Under the pieces are notes generated by a model that saw only the letters and a list, made by a program, of their open reading frames with translations, made no database searches and was not told the origin of the DNA. Below are positions 14,229 to 23,884 of a stretch of 64,000 bases of DNA, piece by piece (within the stretch, counting starts at the first letter, position 1; every line of letters starts with the position of its first letter). Both the position numbers and the translations under genes were made by a program. The DNA lies in NCBI GenBank assembly GCA_034717495.1, contig JAYELL010000101.1:10622-74621 (forward strand). Reading direction: 5' to 3'. Source of the stretch: Chloroflexota bacterium. Lineage in GTDB: Bacteria > Chloroflexota > Anaerolineae > JAAEKA01.

Positions 14229-15554
14229 TTGGATTCGGCTAGTATCGTAGTTGGGGTGAGTATTGCGGCGGCAGCTCTGGTGATAGCCTTTGCAGCCGCG
14301 GCAGAGGTGTCCATTGGGGTTCTTAGCAAATTTCACGCCCGCCATTTGCTCGACGAAGGGGTGAACAGGGCACAGGCAGTCCAGAGTCTGCTGGAGGATC
14401 CTGCAAGGTTGGTCACGACCTTAATGGTACTCAAGGCTGGCGCCAACATTGTGGCAGCCGGGGGCGTAACCTGGTTCATCATGCGAGATGGCACACCCGA
14501 GTGGTATGTCGTGCCGCTGGCGCTGCTGGTGACCTGGTTTGCCATGTTGTGTGTTCAGATAGTTGGCCGGGCAATTGCAGTGCGGTCAACTGAGACAGCG
14601 GCCCTGCGCTTGAGTACACCGGTGCGGCTGACCAGCGTGCTATTAACACCGATCACGGCAGCACTGAGGGGATTGGGCAATCTGGCCATGGGCCCAACGA
14701 GTGAAATCAACCGGGATGCACTCTTCCTCAGCGAGGATGGCTTGCGATTCTTGATCAATGGCGGTGATGAACCGGGTCTCATCGAGGATGATGAGAAGGA
14801 GATGATTGCAGGGATTTTTGAACTTGGCCACACCTTGGTGCGTGAGGTCATGGTACCGCGCATCGATATCGCGGCAATTGGCGAGGACACTACCCTCCGG
14901 GATGCGTTGGATGTGTTCATCAACGCGGGACACTCGCGAATACCTGTCTACCGGGATAACATCGACAATGTGTTGGGGGTCCTATATGCCAAGGACCTGT
15001 TACCGTCATATCGAGATGGCCAACATGATGTTCCGATCGTGCAACTCATGCGACCAGCGTACTTTGTGCCTGAGTCGAAGAAAGTGGACGATTTTCTGAA
15101 CGAGTTGCAGCAGCGCAAGGTTCATATGGCACTTGTTGTGGACGAGTATGGCGGCATTGCCGGTGTTGTGACGATTGAGGACCTCATCGAGGAGATTGTG
15201 GGCGAGATTCAGGATGAATACGACACCGAAGTGCCTATGGTTGTGCAGGAGGGTGAGAATGAATACCTGTTCGAGGCACGCGTTGACCTGGATGATGCGA
15301 GTAAGGTGTTGGGCATCGAATTGCCGACTGATGAAAGTGACACACTCGGCGGGTTCATCTACAGCCAATTGGGCAGCATGCCAATAGTAGGTAGCCAGGT
15401 GGACTACGGGAATTATCGCTTTGTGGTCCGAACGGTCAGTGGCCGCCGCATTCATCAGGTCAAGGCAACACGGTTGGCGCCGGCGGAGGAAGATGCGTCC
15501 TCTGAGGCTGCATCGAAGAACTCCTCTCTGTCAACCTACGCCTCCCTTTTCTAG
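14229..15554 (+). CDS. HlyC/CorC (CNNM) family transporter: DUF21 membrane domain, CBS pair, CorC_HlyC domain
   Basis: N-terminal TM helices, tandem CBS region (...HTLVREVMVPRIDI...IPVYRDNIDNVLGVLYAKDLL...) and C-terminal CorC transporter-associated domain. The start codon is uncertain: TTG at 14229 preceded by GGGAG, whereas the ORF track starts at 14202. Confidence 0.8.
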   Translation: MDSASIVVGVSIAAAALVIAFAAAAEVSIGVLSKFHARHLLDEGVNRAQAVQSLLEDPARLVTTLMVLKAGANIVAAGGVTWFIMRDGTPEWYVVPLALLVTWFAMLCVQIVGRAIAVRSTETAALRLSTPVRLTSVLLTPITAALRGLGNLAMGPTSEINRDALFLSEDGLRFLINGGDEPGLIEDDEKEMIAGIFELGHTLVREVMVPRIDIAAIGEDTTLRDALDVFINAGHSRIPVYRDNIDNVLGVLYAKDLLPSYRDGQHDVPIVQLMRPAYFVPESKKVDDFLNELQQRKVHMALVVDEYGGIAGVVTIEDLIEEIVGEIQDEYDTEVPMVVQEGENEYLFEARVDLDDASKVLGIELPTDESDTLGGFIYSQLGSMPIVGSQVDYGNYRFVVRTVSGRRIHQVKATRLAPAEEDASSEAASKNSSLSTYASLF

Positions 15555-15570
15555 AATTGACGTAAGAACC

Positions 15571-15978
15571 ATGTTAAACAACGCCCTTGTCCATGAACTT
15601 GTGAAACGGGCAGTCGAAGCCCGGTTGAGTGCCTATGCGCCCTATTCGCAATTTGCCGTCGGTGCCGCTATTCAGACCAGTGCAGGCCGAATCTACACCG
15701 GATGCAATGTCGAGAATGTATCCTATGGCCTTTCGGTGTGCGCGGAGCGCGTAGCGATCTGGAAGGCGGTTGCCGGCGGCGAGACCGAGTTCGAGGCAAT
15801 TGCGGTCGTTACAGACAACGGTGGCAGTCCCTGTGGCGCCTGCCGGCAAGTGATGGCGGAGTTCGCCCCAACCATGCCGGTGATTATCGCTGATCTGCAA
15901 GGCAATTCTCGAATCCTGATGGTCAACGAGTTGCTGCTGGAAGCATTTCTGCCCGAGGACCTTCCCGAAAAAGGCTGA
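15571..15978 (+). CDS. cdd: cytidine deaminase
   Basis: CAERVAI (zinc-binding HxE/CAE) and PCGACRQ motifs, about 135 aa. ATG at 15571 inside the longer track ORF. Confidence 0.9.
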   Translation: MLNNALVHELVKRAVEARLSAYAPYSQFAVGAAIQTSAGRIYTGCNVENVSYGLSVCAERVAIWKAVAGGETEFEAIAVVTDNGGSPCGACRQVMAEFAPTMPVIIADLQGNSRILMVNELLLEAFLPEDLPEKG

Positions 15979-15996
15979 GCCTGTTGAGATCTGGCG

Positions 15997-16788
15997 ATGA
16001 GTGACCCAAGCGCACGCCGACAGCGCCTTTACCGAACTGAAGCGATCGTGCTGAAGCGGCGTGATTATGGTGAGGCCGACCGCATTTTGACCTTATTCAC
16101 GCCGGAATATGGCAAACTGGTGGTGCTTGGCAAGGGCATTCGCAAGACCAAGAGCCGCAAGGCAGGTCATCTGGAGTCCCTTATCCACAGCAATCTATTG
16201 ATCGCCCGCGGCCGGACCTGGGATTTGGTGACGCAGGCAGATACGATTGAGTCGTTTTCCGCGTTGCGCAATGACCTGCTGCGTACCAGCTACGCCTTCT
16301 ATGTGGCAGAGTTATTGGACGCTTTCACTCAGGAACAGGATGCGCATCCATCCCTTTTTGAACTCCTGCGACGGACTCTCGGCCGTCTTGCCGCAGGAAC
16401 CGTGGACCAGTTGCCGTTGGCCGCCCGCTTTTACGAGCTACATCTGCTGGCTTTGGCGGGTTATCAACCTCAACTGTTCTACTGCGCAACATGCCAGGAG
16501 CGACTCGAGCCAATTACCAACTTCTTCAGCAGTGCTGCAGGGGGCGTACTTTGCCCGCAGCATGGCGAGGGACAAGCCGGCGCTGAACCTCTCTCTTTGC
16601 CGGTTTTCAAGGCGCTGCGGTTTCTGCAGACCCGGGATTGGGAGACGGTGGCCCGGTTGAAGTTGAGCCAGAGTGGACGGAACGACATCGAACGGCTGCT
16701 GCAGAGTTACATTGTGTATCAGTTGGAACGGAATTTGCGTTCCGTTGGTTTCATGCGTATCCTGCGGGACCACTTGAACATTCATTAG
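15997..16788 (+). CDS. recO: DNA repair protein RecO
   Basis: N-terminal OB-fold region EAIVLKRRDYGEADRILTLFT and C-terminal zinc motif CATCQE...CPQHG. Confidence 0.9.
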   Translation: MSDPSARRQRLYRTEAIVLKRRDYGEADRILTLFTPEYGKLVVLGKGIRKTKSRKAGHLESLIHSNLLIARGRTWDLVTQADTIESFSALRNDLLRTSYAFYVAELLDAFTQEQDAHPSLFELLRRTLGRLAAGTVDQLPLAARFYELHLLALAGYQPQLFYCATCQERLEPITNFFSSAAGGVLCPQHGEGQAGAEPLSLPVFKALRFLQTRDWETVARLKLSQSGRNDIERLLQSYIVYQLERNLRSVGFMRILRDHLNIH

Positions 16789-16824
16789 CTGGTGAGTGAA
16801 CAGGAGTGGAGGAGCTGGACTCGG

Positions 16825-17346
16825 ATGAGTTTAATGAGGAATCTTACAGTTTTTTTAGTTTTAGCTCTTTTTGTTGCTGCCTGCGGGACCCCGGGCATAT
16901 CCCAGGAGAGTGGCAGACCAATCATTGCACCGCAACCCGATTCTGTGCCGCCATATGTCCTTGATGGCCCGCTGACCGTGCAGGCCTTCGATAAGGATCG
17001 CGAGGTTTTGCCCGATACAGACGAGAATTTTGAGTTTCTGGTGGTCAATCACACCGAGTCCGACCTGCCTGTGGTCATGGTTCTGGAGCACGAGCAGGGT
17101 GTTCGTTGGCCTACGTCGCTGTGTGTGGACAAGCAGTGCCTATTGGGCGATGGGTCCGAAGCATCAACCACCGATCCAGTCGTAATTCCACCCTATCTGG
17201 AGTTACCATTTCAGGCGCACATCTTCGTGGGTAGCGAGGCAAAATCGGGGCAACGGGAGACTCTTTCCCTGCGGATTGAACCACAACGAGATGGCGTCGA
17301 AGCTCGCAGTCTTACCTTGAGCGCCGTAGTCGTTGGTGCCAAATAA
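16825..17346 (+). CDS. hypothetical lipoprotein
   Basis: Signal peptide with lipobox LFVAAC|G (MSLMRNLTVFLVLALFVAACG). No conserved domain recognised. Confidence 0.55.
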   Translation: MSLMRNLTVFLVLALFVAACGTPGISQESGRPIIAPQPDSVPPYVLDGPLTVQAFDKDREVLPDTDENFEFLVVNHTESDLPVVMVLEHEQGVRWPTSLCVDKQCLLGDGSEASTTDPVVIPPYLELPFQAHIFVGSEAKSGQRETLSLRIEPQRDGVEARSLTLSAVVVGAK

Positions 17347-17410
17347 TCCGAGGTTTTCTGGCTTGCCAACCGGCCTGAACCAGGGCCGTTTTTTTATTCG
17401 AGGTACCTAA

Positions 17411-20400
17411 ATGTCAAATGCAAAACCCCTTTCCTTTCAGGATATCATCATGCGGTTGGAACGCTATTGGGCCGACCAGGGCTGCCTGATTTGGCAACCC
17501 CACAGCGAGAAGGTTGGCGCGGGCACCATGAACCCGGCAACCGTATTGCGTGTTCTCGGCCCCGAGCCATGGCATGTTGCCTATCTGGAGCCCAGTTGGC
17601 GGGCTGATGACGGACGCTACGGCGAAAATCCCAATCGGATGCAGATGCATACACAATACCAGGTGATCCTGAAGCCCGATCCCGGCAATCCACAGGAGCT
17701 TTACCTGGGAAGCCTCGATGCTATCGGCATCGATCGACGCAAGCACGACATTCGCTTTGTGGAAGACAATTGGGCCAGCCCCGTTCTGGGTGCCTGGGGC
17801 CTGGGTTGGGAAGTCTGGTTGGACGGCCTGGAGATAACCCAGTTTACCTATTTCCAGCAGGCAGGAGGAATGGTTCTGGAACCGGTCAGTGTCGAGTTGA
17901 CCTATGGGCTGGAACGAATCGCCATGTTTTTGCAGGGCGTGGCTGAGGTCTGGCAGATTGACTGGGATGGACAGCGAACCTACGGCGATATCTATCTGCA
18001 GCAGGAAATCGAGCACTGCACCTATAACTTCGAAGTGGCGAATGTCGAGCGTCTCAAGCAGATGTACGATCTGTATGAAGCGGAAGCACGGGACGCCCTG
18101 GCTGCCAATCTGGTCATTCCTGCCCATGATTACGTGCTTCGTTGTTCTCAAACCTTTAACCTGCTGGATTCCCGGGGAGCTGTCGGCGTCACAGAACGAG
18201 CCAGCTACTTCGCGCGCATGCGCCATCTGGCGCGAGGGGTCAGCGAACTCTACGCTCAGCAGCGTAAGCGCATGGAATATCCTTTCCTCGATGATAACAA
18301 CGAGGAGCCTTGGAGTCCCAACTATGCTGGCGCGACCGATGATGAGGCGCCAGTGGTGGATCGTGCCGATCTCCTCTTTGAAGTCGGGTGTGAGGAGCTG
18401 CCAGTCGGTGATCTGACATCGGGCATTGAGCAGCTTCGCATAGTTTCTGCCGATCTGTTGAGCGAGGCGCGGTTGGGCTACGATACACTTGAAGTAACGG
18501 GCACGCCTCGCCGGTTGGTCCTTTTCGTCAGGGGTCTCTCCGGTCGCCAGGCTGATGAAGAGCAGGTCTTCAGAGGGCCGCCGGCCGATCGAGCATTTGA
18601 TGACCGTGGTCAGCCCACGAAAGCCGCAATGGGTTTCGCTCGAAGCAAAGGGGTCTCGGTGAAGGATCTGGAAGTACGCCAGGCGGACGGTGGTTCCTAT
18701 GTCTACGCTGTGCAGCGACTGGAAGGAAAACCAGCCCAGGAGGTACTTGCGGAACTGTTGGGCAACATGGTTGCCAGTCTGCGCTTCGAGAAGTCGATGC
18801 GCTGGGATTCAGCAGGGCTCGCTTTTAGCCGTCCCATTCGTTGGTTCGTCGCCCTGTTTGGCCATCAGGTTATTCCCGTTAGCTACGCGAAGGCGGTCAG
18901 CGGACGCACCAGTCGGGGCTTGAGGCCCGAGGGATCACCACGTATCGAGGTGCCTGACGCCGCTGCATACGCTCTCCAAATGGCACAACACGGCATCGTA
19001 GTGGAGCGTCAGGCCAGGCAGGAACAGATCGTTGAACAGATTACGGCGCTGGCTGCCGGTGTGGGTGGATATGTCCCGGAAGATCAGGCATTGTTGGACG
19101 AGGTTACCGATCTGGTGGAACAACCAGCAGCCATTTTGGGACAGTTCGAGCAACAATATCTCGATTTACCTGTCGACGTGTTGACCACGGTTATGAAAAA
19201 ACATCAGCGCTACTTCCCGGTGATGAAGGACGGCAAGATGTTGCCCTATTTCATTACCGTGGCCAATGGACAACCTCTTGATCCGGCCATTGTGCGTGCA
19301 GGCAACGAGAATGTGATCCGTGCCCGCTATGCCGATGCAGCCTTTTTTGTCGAACAGGATCGCAAGCAACCGTTGGAAGCCTTTTCTGCCAGGCTCGACA
19401 CGCTGACCTTCCAGGAGAACCTGGGTTCCATGTTGGACAAGGTTCAGCGGGTAGGGCGTCTGGTGCCCTGGCTTTCGCAACAGCTGGAACTATCTGAAGC
19501 GGACAGGGTAACCGCGGCCCGGGCAGCTTCTCTCTGCAAGAATGATCTGGCAACATCCATGGTGATCGAGATGACCTCCTTGCAGGGAATCGTGGGTCGC
19601 GAATATGCGCTCGATAGCGGCGAATCTCAGGCCGTGGCTGAGGCCATTTATGAGCATTATCTTCCTCGCTTCAGCGGCGACCGTCAGCCCCTGTCCCTGC
19701 CTGGCCTTGCGGTGGGGCTGGCCAACCGCTTGGATAGCATTGCGGGGCTTTTTGCCGTCGGTATGGAGCCAACTGGTTCCAGCGATCCCTACCAGTTGCG
19801 GCGCGAAGCTCTGGGTATCGTGCAGAATCTTGTTGGCTCCCAGCTAAGCTTTTCCGTTGCCGAGGGTCTCGACAGAGCTGCGAAACCCCTTCCCGTCGAG
19901 GCCAGTGAAGAGTCTCAGGATAGGGCACTGACCTTCGTGGTGGGTCGCCTGGAGAACTGGCTGCGGGATCAAGGCAATCCGCACGACGTAGTCCAGGCGG
20001 TGCTGGCAGAGCAGGGAGACGATCCCTATCTGTCCCGGGAAGCGGTGATTGCTCTTGCCGATGTGGCAAGCAGGCCTGAGTGGTCTGATGTGTTGACGGC
20101 GTATGCTCGCTGCAAGCGCATCGTTCGCAGCCTCGATGAAGACTATCCGTTGGCGCCGGGGCGTTACGAAGAAGAGGCGACCCGCGGGTTGCACGCAGCC
20201 TACGAGGCAGTGGCGCCTTCAATTCGAGACGCGGCGGACATAGCGACCCTTTATGGCGCGTTGACCGTTCTGGTAGATCCCATCGATAATTTCTTCGATC
20301 AGGTGCTGGTCATGGCCAAGGACGACGATCTTCGCGAGGCGCGTTTGGCTCTTGTGCAGGCGATTGCTGCCCTACCTGATGGCATTGCAGACATTTCGAA

Positions 20401-20416
20401 GATGCAGGGGTTCTAG
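17411..20416 (+). CDS. glyQS: glycine--tRNA ligase, fused alpha-beta subunits (GlyQ-GlyS)
   Basis: N-terminal ~290 aa is GlyQ (RYWADQGC...[16 protein letters not shown]...YQVILKP). The remainder is GlyS-like. Single 1001-aa ORF with no internal stop. Confidence 0.92.
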   Translation: MSNAKPLSFQDIIMRLERYWADQGCLIWQPHSEKVGAGTMNPATVLRVLGPEPWHVAYLEPSWRADDGRYGENPNRMQMHTQYQVILKPDPGNPQELYLGSLDAIGIDRRKHDIRFVEDNWASPVLGAWGLGWEVWLDGLEITQFTYFQQAGGMVLEPVSVELTYGLERIAMFLQGVAEVWQIDWDGQRTYGDIYLQQEIEHCTYNFEVANVERLKQMYDLYEAEARDALAANLVIPAHDYVLRCSQTFNLLDSRGAVGVTERASYFARMRHLARGVSELYAQQRKRMEYPFLDDNNEEPWSPNYAGATDDEAPVVDRADLLFEVGCEELPVGDLTSGIEQLRIVSADLLSEARLGYDTLEVTGTPRRLVLFVRGLSGRQADEEQVFRGPPADRAFDDRGQPTKAAMGFARSKGVSVKDLEVRQADGGSYVYAVQRLEGKPAQEVLAELLGNMVASLRFEKSMRWDSAGLAFSRPIRWFVALFGHQVIPVSYAKAVSGRTSRGLRPEGSPRIEVPDAAAYALQMAQHGIVVERQARQEQIVEQITALAAGVGGYVPEDQALLDEVTDLVEQPAAILGQFEQQYLDLPVDVLTTVMKKHQRYFPVMKDGKMLPYFITVANGQPLDPAIVRAGNENVIRARYADAAFFVEQDRKQPLEAFSARLDTLTFQENLGSMLDKVQRVGRLVPWLSQQLELSEADRVTAARAASLCKNDLATSMVIEMTSLQGIVGREYALDSGESQAVAEAIYEHYLPRFSGDRQPLSLPGLAVGLANRLDSIAGLFAVGMEPTGSSDPYQLRREALGIVQNLVGSQLSFSVAEGLDRAAKPLPVEASEESQDRALTFVVGRLENWLRDQGNPHDVVQAVLAEQGDDPYLSREAVIALADVASRPEWSDVLTAYARCKRIVRSLDEDYPLAPGRYEEEATRGLHAAYEAVAPSIRDAADIATLYGALTVLVDPIDNFFDQVLVMAKDDDLREARLALVQAIAALPDGIADISKMQGF

Positions 20417-20454
20417 CACATCAACCTGTTGCACCATCCAAATTTCTACCAGGA

Positions 20455-20482
20455 TTGTCCGGGGTCTGTGTTGTGGTATAAT
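20455..20482 (+). promoter_or_regulatory. candidate secA promoter (TTGTCC-N16-TGtggTATAAT)
   Basis: Extended -10 TGn + TATAAT at 20477-20482 with a -35-like TTGTCC 16 nt upstream, leaving a ~125-nt leader before secA. Confidence 0.5.
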
Positions 20483-20606
20483 AGCTGAGCCCGTGGGAGT
20501 TAATTTTCTCATGGGCATTGAGGGTGCCAGAGAAACAACTGTTTCAGTATTCCTCTGTTTTGGCTCATCTGTTGTTACGAGACTAATGGAATTGGATCGA
20601 TAAGCG

Positions 20607-23600
20607 ATGTTTAAGAACCTTCTGAAAAAAACCTTCGGTGACAGCAGTAGCAAGGCGATCAAGGGGATCCAGCGCTATGTCGATGAGATCAACGATCTCG
20701 AATCGACCATGATGGCATTGCCTGACGACGAATTCGCTCGCCGCACCAGCGGCTTCATGACCCGTCTGACGGAGGCAACCCTGGAGTCGAAAGCTCATCT
20801 GGCAGAGTTGCGCCAGGCCTGGGAGCGGGAACCTGACATGACGACCCGGGCTCAGATGAACCTGGAGATTCTCAGTCAGGAGAAGGTTGTTCGAGGCATC
20901 GAAGAGAACATCCTGGATGAGATTCTGCCCGAGGCTTTTGCGTTGGTCCGGGAGGCAAACCGGCGGACTGTTGGAATGCGCCTCTACGATGTGCAGCTCA
21001 TCGGGGGTGTTGTTTTGCATCGCGGGCAGATTGCTGAGATGAAGACCGGTGAGGGCAAGACCCTGGTGGCCACACTGCCACTCTTTCTAAATGCCTTGAC
21101 CGGCCGCGGTGTGCATTTGGTTACGCCCAACGATTATCTTTCAAAAGTGGGCGTGCAGTGGATGGGGCCAGCTTATCATATTCTGGGACTGACAGCTGCG
21201 GTCATTCAGTCCTCTGCCGGCGATCCCAATCGGGGGTCTTATGTCTACGATCCGGAATTCCAGTCGGCCGACGATCGCTTTCAATACCTTCGACCCATCA
21301 CCCGACGTGAAGCATATGCTTCCGATATTACCTATGGCACCAACAATGAGTTCGGGTTCGACTACCTGCGCGACAATATGGTTACTGATCTTGGACAGAG
21401 ATCGCAACGGGAACTCTTTTTTGCCATCATCGACGAGGTTGACAATATCCTTGTCGACGAGGCACGAACCCCGCTTATCATCTCAGGCTCGGCCCAGGAA
21501 TCCAGCAATTGGTATGGGCGATTTGCCGAACTGATGCCGGGCTTGCGGCCTTCCAAGGACAAGGAGACGGCAGATGGCGACTACGTGCTTGATGAAAAAG
21601 ACAAGGTCGTTACACTGACCGAGGTGGGCATCGAGAAGATCCAGGGGTGGTTGGGTATCGAGAATCTTTATTCACCAGAGCATTTTGAGTTGACACCCTA
21701 TTTGGACAATGCTCTGCGAGCCCACGTTCTCTATAAGCTCGACCGTGATTATATCGTGCGCAATGGCGAGGTTGTCATTGTTGACGAATTCACCGGCCGC
21801 TTGATGGAAGGCCGTCGCTACTCCGAGGGCCTCCACCAGGCCATCGAGGCCAAGCAAGGTGTCAAGGTTCAGCGAGAGTCCTTGACGCTGGCGACGATTA
21901 CCTTTCAGAACTACTTTCGGATGTACGACAAGCTGGCCGGAATGACGGGTACCGCCGAGACCGAGAAGGAGGAGTTCTACAAGATTTATGGCCTCGACGT
22001 AGTGATGATTCCCACCAACCTGCCAGTGATCAGGGCAGATCATTCGGACTCCGTATATCGAAGTGAGCGGATCAAATACAATGCTGTTTTGGATGAGATC
22101 CAGGCATGCCATGAACGCAAGCAACCGGTGCTGGTCGGTACGGTTGCGATCGAGACCAGTGAATTCCTGGCCCGGTTGCTGAAACGGCGCGGTATTCCCC
22201 ACAACGTTCTTAACGCCAAGAATCACGAACGGGAAGCGGTGATCATCGCGCAGGCAGGAAAACCGGGCGCCGTAACCATCGCAACCAACATGGCGGGACG
22301 TGGCGTTGATATTTTACTGGGTGGAAACCCTGAAGGTATCTCCCGCGACAGATTACGAAAGGCTGGATACGATCTGACCGATCTGCCTGAGGAGGTCTGG
22401 CTGGAAGCCTCGACAGAGGCGGAGACTCAGTGCGAGTTGGACAAACAGATCGTATTGGAAGCAGGTGGTCTGCATGTGATCGGTACCGAACGCCACGAGG
22501 CGCGCCGGATCGACAATCAGCTTCGAGGTCGCTCGGGACGACAGGGTGACCATGGTTCCAGTCGCTTTTTTGTGGCGCTGGATGACGATCTGATGCGTCG
22601 TTTCGGTGGCGATAGAGTGGCAGGCTTGATGGATCGGCTTGGAGTCGAAGATGACATGCCTCTCGAGCATGGCATGGTTTCCAAGTCCATCGAGAATGCC
22701 CAGACGCGCGTGGAAGGCCACAACTTTGATATTCGAAAGCATGTACTGGAATATGACGACGTTGTAAACAAGCAGCGAGAGGTTATCTACGAACAGCGCC
22801 GGCGGATCTTGACTGAGCCCAGCTTGCAGCCAACCATTTTGGACATGGTTGACGGTCAGATCCAGCGATTGGTACAGACCTTCGCTGCTTCTGAGGATCC
22901 CGACGAACGAGATTTGCCAGGCTTGCATGCGGCAGTTTCAGCAATCTTGCCATTGCCTGCTGAAATGACGGCCGAAACGTGGCAAGATCTGCCTGCGGCC
23001 GAAATTGCTGATCAAATCGTCGATCATGCCGAGACCTATTACGACGTCCGTGCCCAGGTCAATGCCCAGGAAATCCTTCGTCAATTCATGGGAGAAGGTG
23101 TTACACTGGGCGCCTTGCAGGAGCGAAGCGATCCATTTGCCGTTACGGTTTACGCTCGCATCGTGAATCAGTTGCCGGAACCGCTGAGTGAAGACCTGGG
23201 CCGTTTGCCTCTTTCCCAACTGCCTCCTGAGATCAGGGCAGGATTGCTGGCAGGACTTGTCGAAGGCGCTGCGCTCTATCGAGATCGTATGGTCATGGTT
23301 CGGGCTGTCGACGAGCGCTGGGTCCGTCACCTCACCGATCTGGATTCGCTTCGAGAGGGCATCGGTCTGCGAGCCTTCGCCCAGGTCCAACCACTGACGG
23401 CCTACAAAAAAGAAGCGCATGAGATGTATGTGGCCCTGCTGGAGGACATCGAGAGCGACATCGTACACGCGATCTACAAGGTAGACGTAGTCCAGCAGCA
23501 ACGGCCTGCCCGTCGGGTTATGCGTACCAACCGGGAGGGAAATGGCGCCAGCCGTCAACCTGAGCGCAGTACCAAGGCAACCCTCGGGCGAAATGATCCG

Positions 23601-23765
23601 TGCTGGTGTGGAAGTGGCAAGAAATACAAACATTGTCACATGCGCAGCGACGCAAAGGGCGAGACCAGCGGTGGTTCCGGGAAGGCATCCGCTGGTGGCA
23701 ATGGAGAGTCAAGTCCGACCAAACGTTCGGGCAAAAAACGCCGGCGTTCCCGTTCCAAGCGCTGA
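20607..23765 (+). CDS. secA: preprotein translocase ATPase SecA
   Basis: DEAD motor motifs (MKTGEGKT, DEVD), a preprotein cross-linking domain, and the C-terminal zinc-binding tail CWCGSGKKYKHCH. Confidence 0.97.
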   Translation: MFKNLLKKTFGDSSSKAIKGIQRYVDEINDLESTMMALPDDEFARRTSGFMTRLTEATLESKAHLAELRQAWEREPDMTTRAQMNLEILSQEKVVRGIEENILDEILPEAFALVREANRRTVGMRLYDVQLIGGVVLHRGQIAEMKTGEGKTLVATLPLFLNALTGRGVHLVTPNDYLSKVGVQWMGPAYHILGLTAAVIQSSAGDPNRGSYVYDPEFQSADDRFQYLRPITRREAYASDITYGTNNEFGFDYLRDNMVTDLGQRSQRELFFAIIDEVDNILVDEARTPLIISGSAQESSNWYGRFAELMPGLRPSKDKETADGDYVLDEKDKVVTLTEVGIEKIQGWLGIENLYSPEHFELTPYLDNALRAHVLYKLDRDYIVRNGEVVIVDEFTGRLMEGRRYSEGLHQAIEAKQGVKVQRESLTLATITFQNYFRMYDKLAGMTGTAETEKEEFYKIYGLDVVMIPTNLPVIRADHSDSVYRSERIKYNAVLDEIQACHERKQPVLVGTVAIETSEFLARLLKRRGIPHNVLNAKNHEREAVIIAQAGKPGAVTIATNMAGRGVDILLGGNPEGISRDRLRKAGYDLTDLPEEVWLEASTEAETQCELDKQIVLEAGGLHVIGTERHEARRIDNQLRGRSGRQGDHGSSRFFVALDDDLMRRFGGDRVAGLMDRLGVEDDMPLEHGMVSKSIENAQTRVEGHNFDIRKHVLEYDDVVNKQREVIYEQRRRILTEPSLQPTILDMVDGQIQRLVQTFAASEDPDERDLPGLHAAVSAILPLPAEMTAETWQDLPAAEIADQIVDHAETYYDVRAQVNAQEILRQFMGEGVTLGALQERSDPFAVTVYARIVNQLPEPLSEDLGRLPLSQLPPEIRAGLLAGLVEGAALYRDRMVMVRAVDERWVRHLTDLDSLREGIGLRAFAQVQPLTAYKKEAHEMYVALLEDIESDIVHAIYKVDVVQQQRPARRVMRTNREGNGASRQPERSTKATLGRNDPCWCGSGKKYKHCHMRSDAKGETSGGSGKASAGGNGESSPTKRSGKKRRRSRSKR

Positions 23766-23823
23766 GTTCGCCGTAGATTTTCATAAGGTCGGCGAATTGG
23801 CTGGACTGCCGGCTTTATCAATA

Positions 23824-23848
23824 CGCCGCACGGAAATCCCGTGCGGCG
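23824..23848 (+). terminator. perfect 10-bp stem-loop downstream of secA (no U-tract)
   Basis: cgccgcacgg-aaatc-ccgtgcggcg. Lies between the secA stop and the histidine kinase start. Confidence 0.3.
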
Positions 23849-23884
23849 TCATCACATCTCTGACCAGGCAAGGTAGGACGTGAT

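Noticed and set aside
17414-18226. 270-aa minus-strand ORF inside glyQS
   Set aside because: Antisense to the conserved GlyQ coding region. A high-GC artefact.
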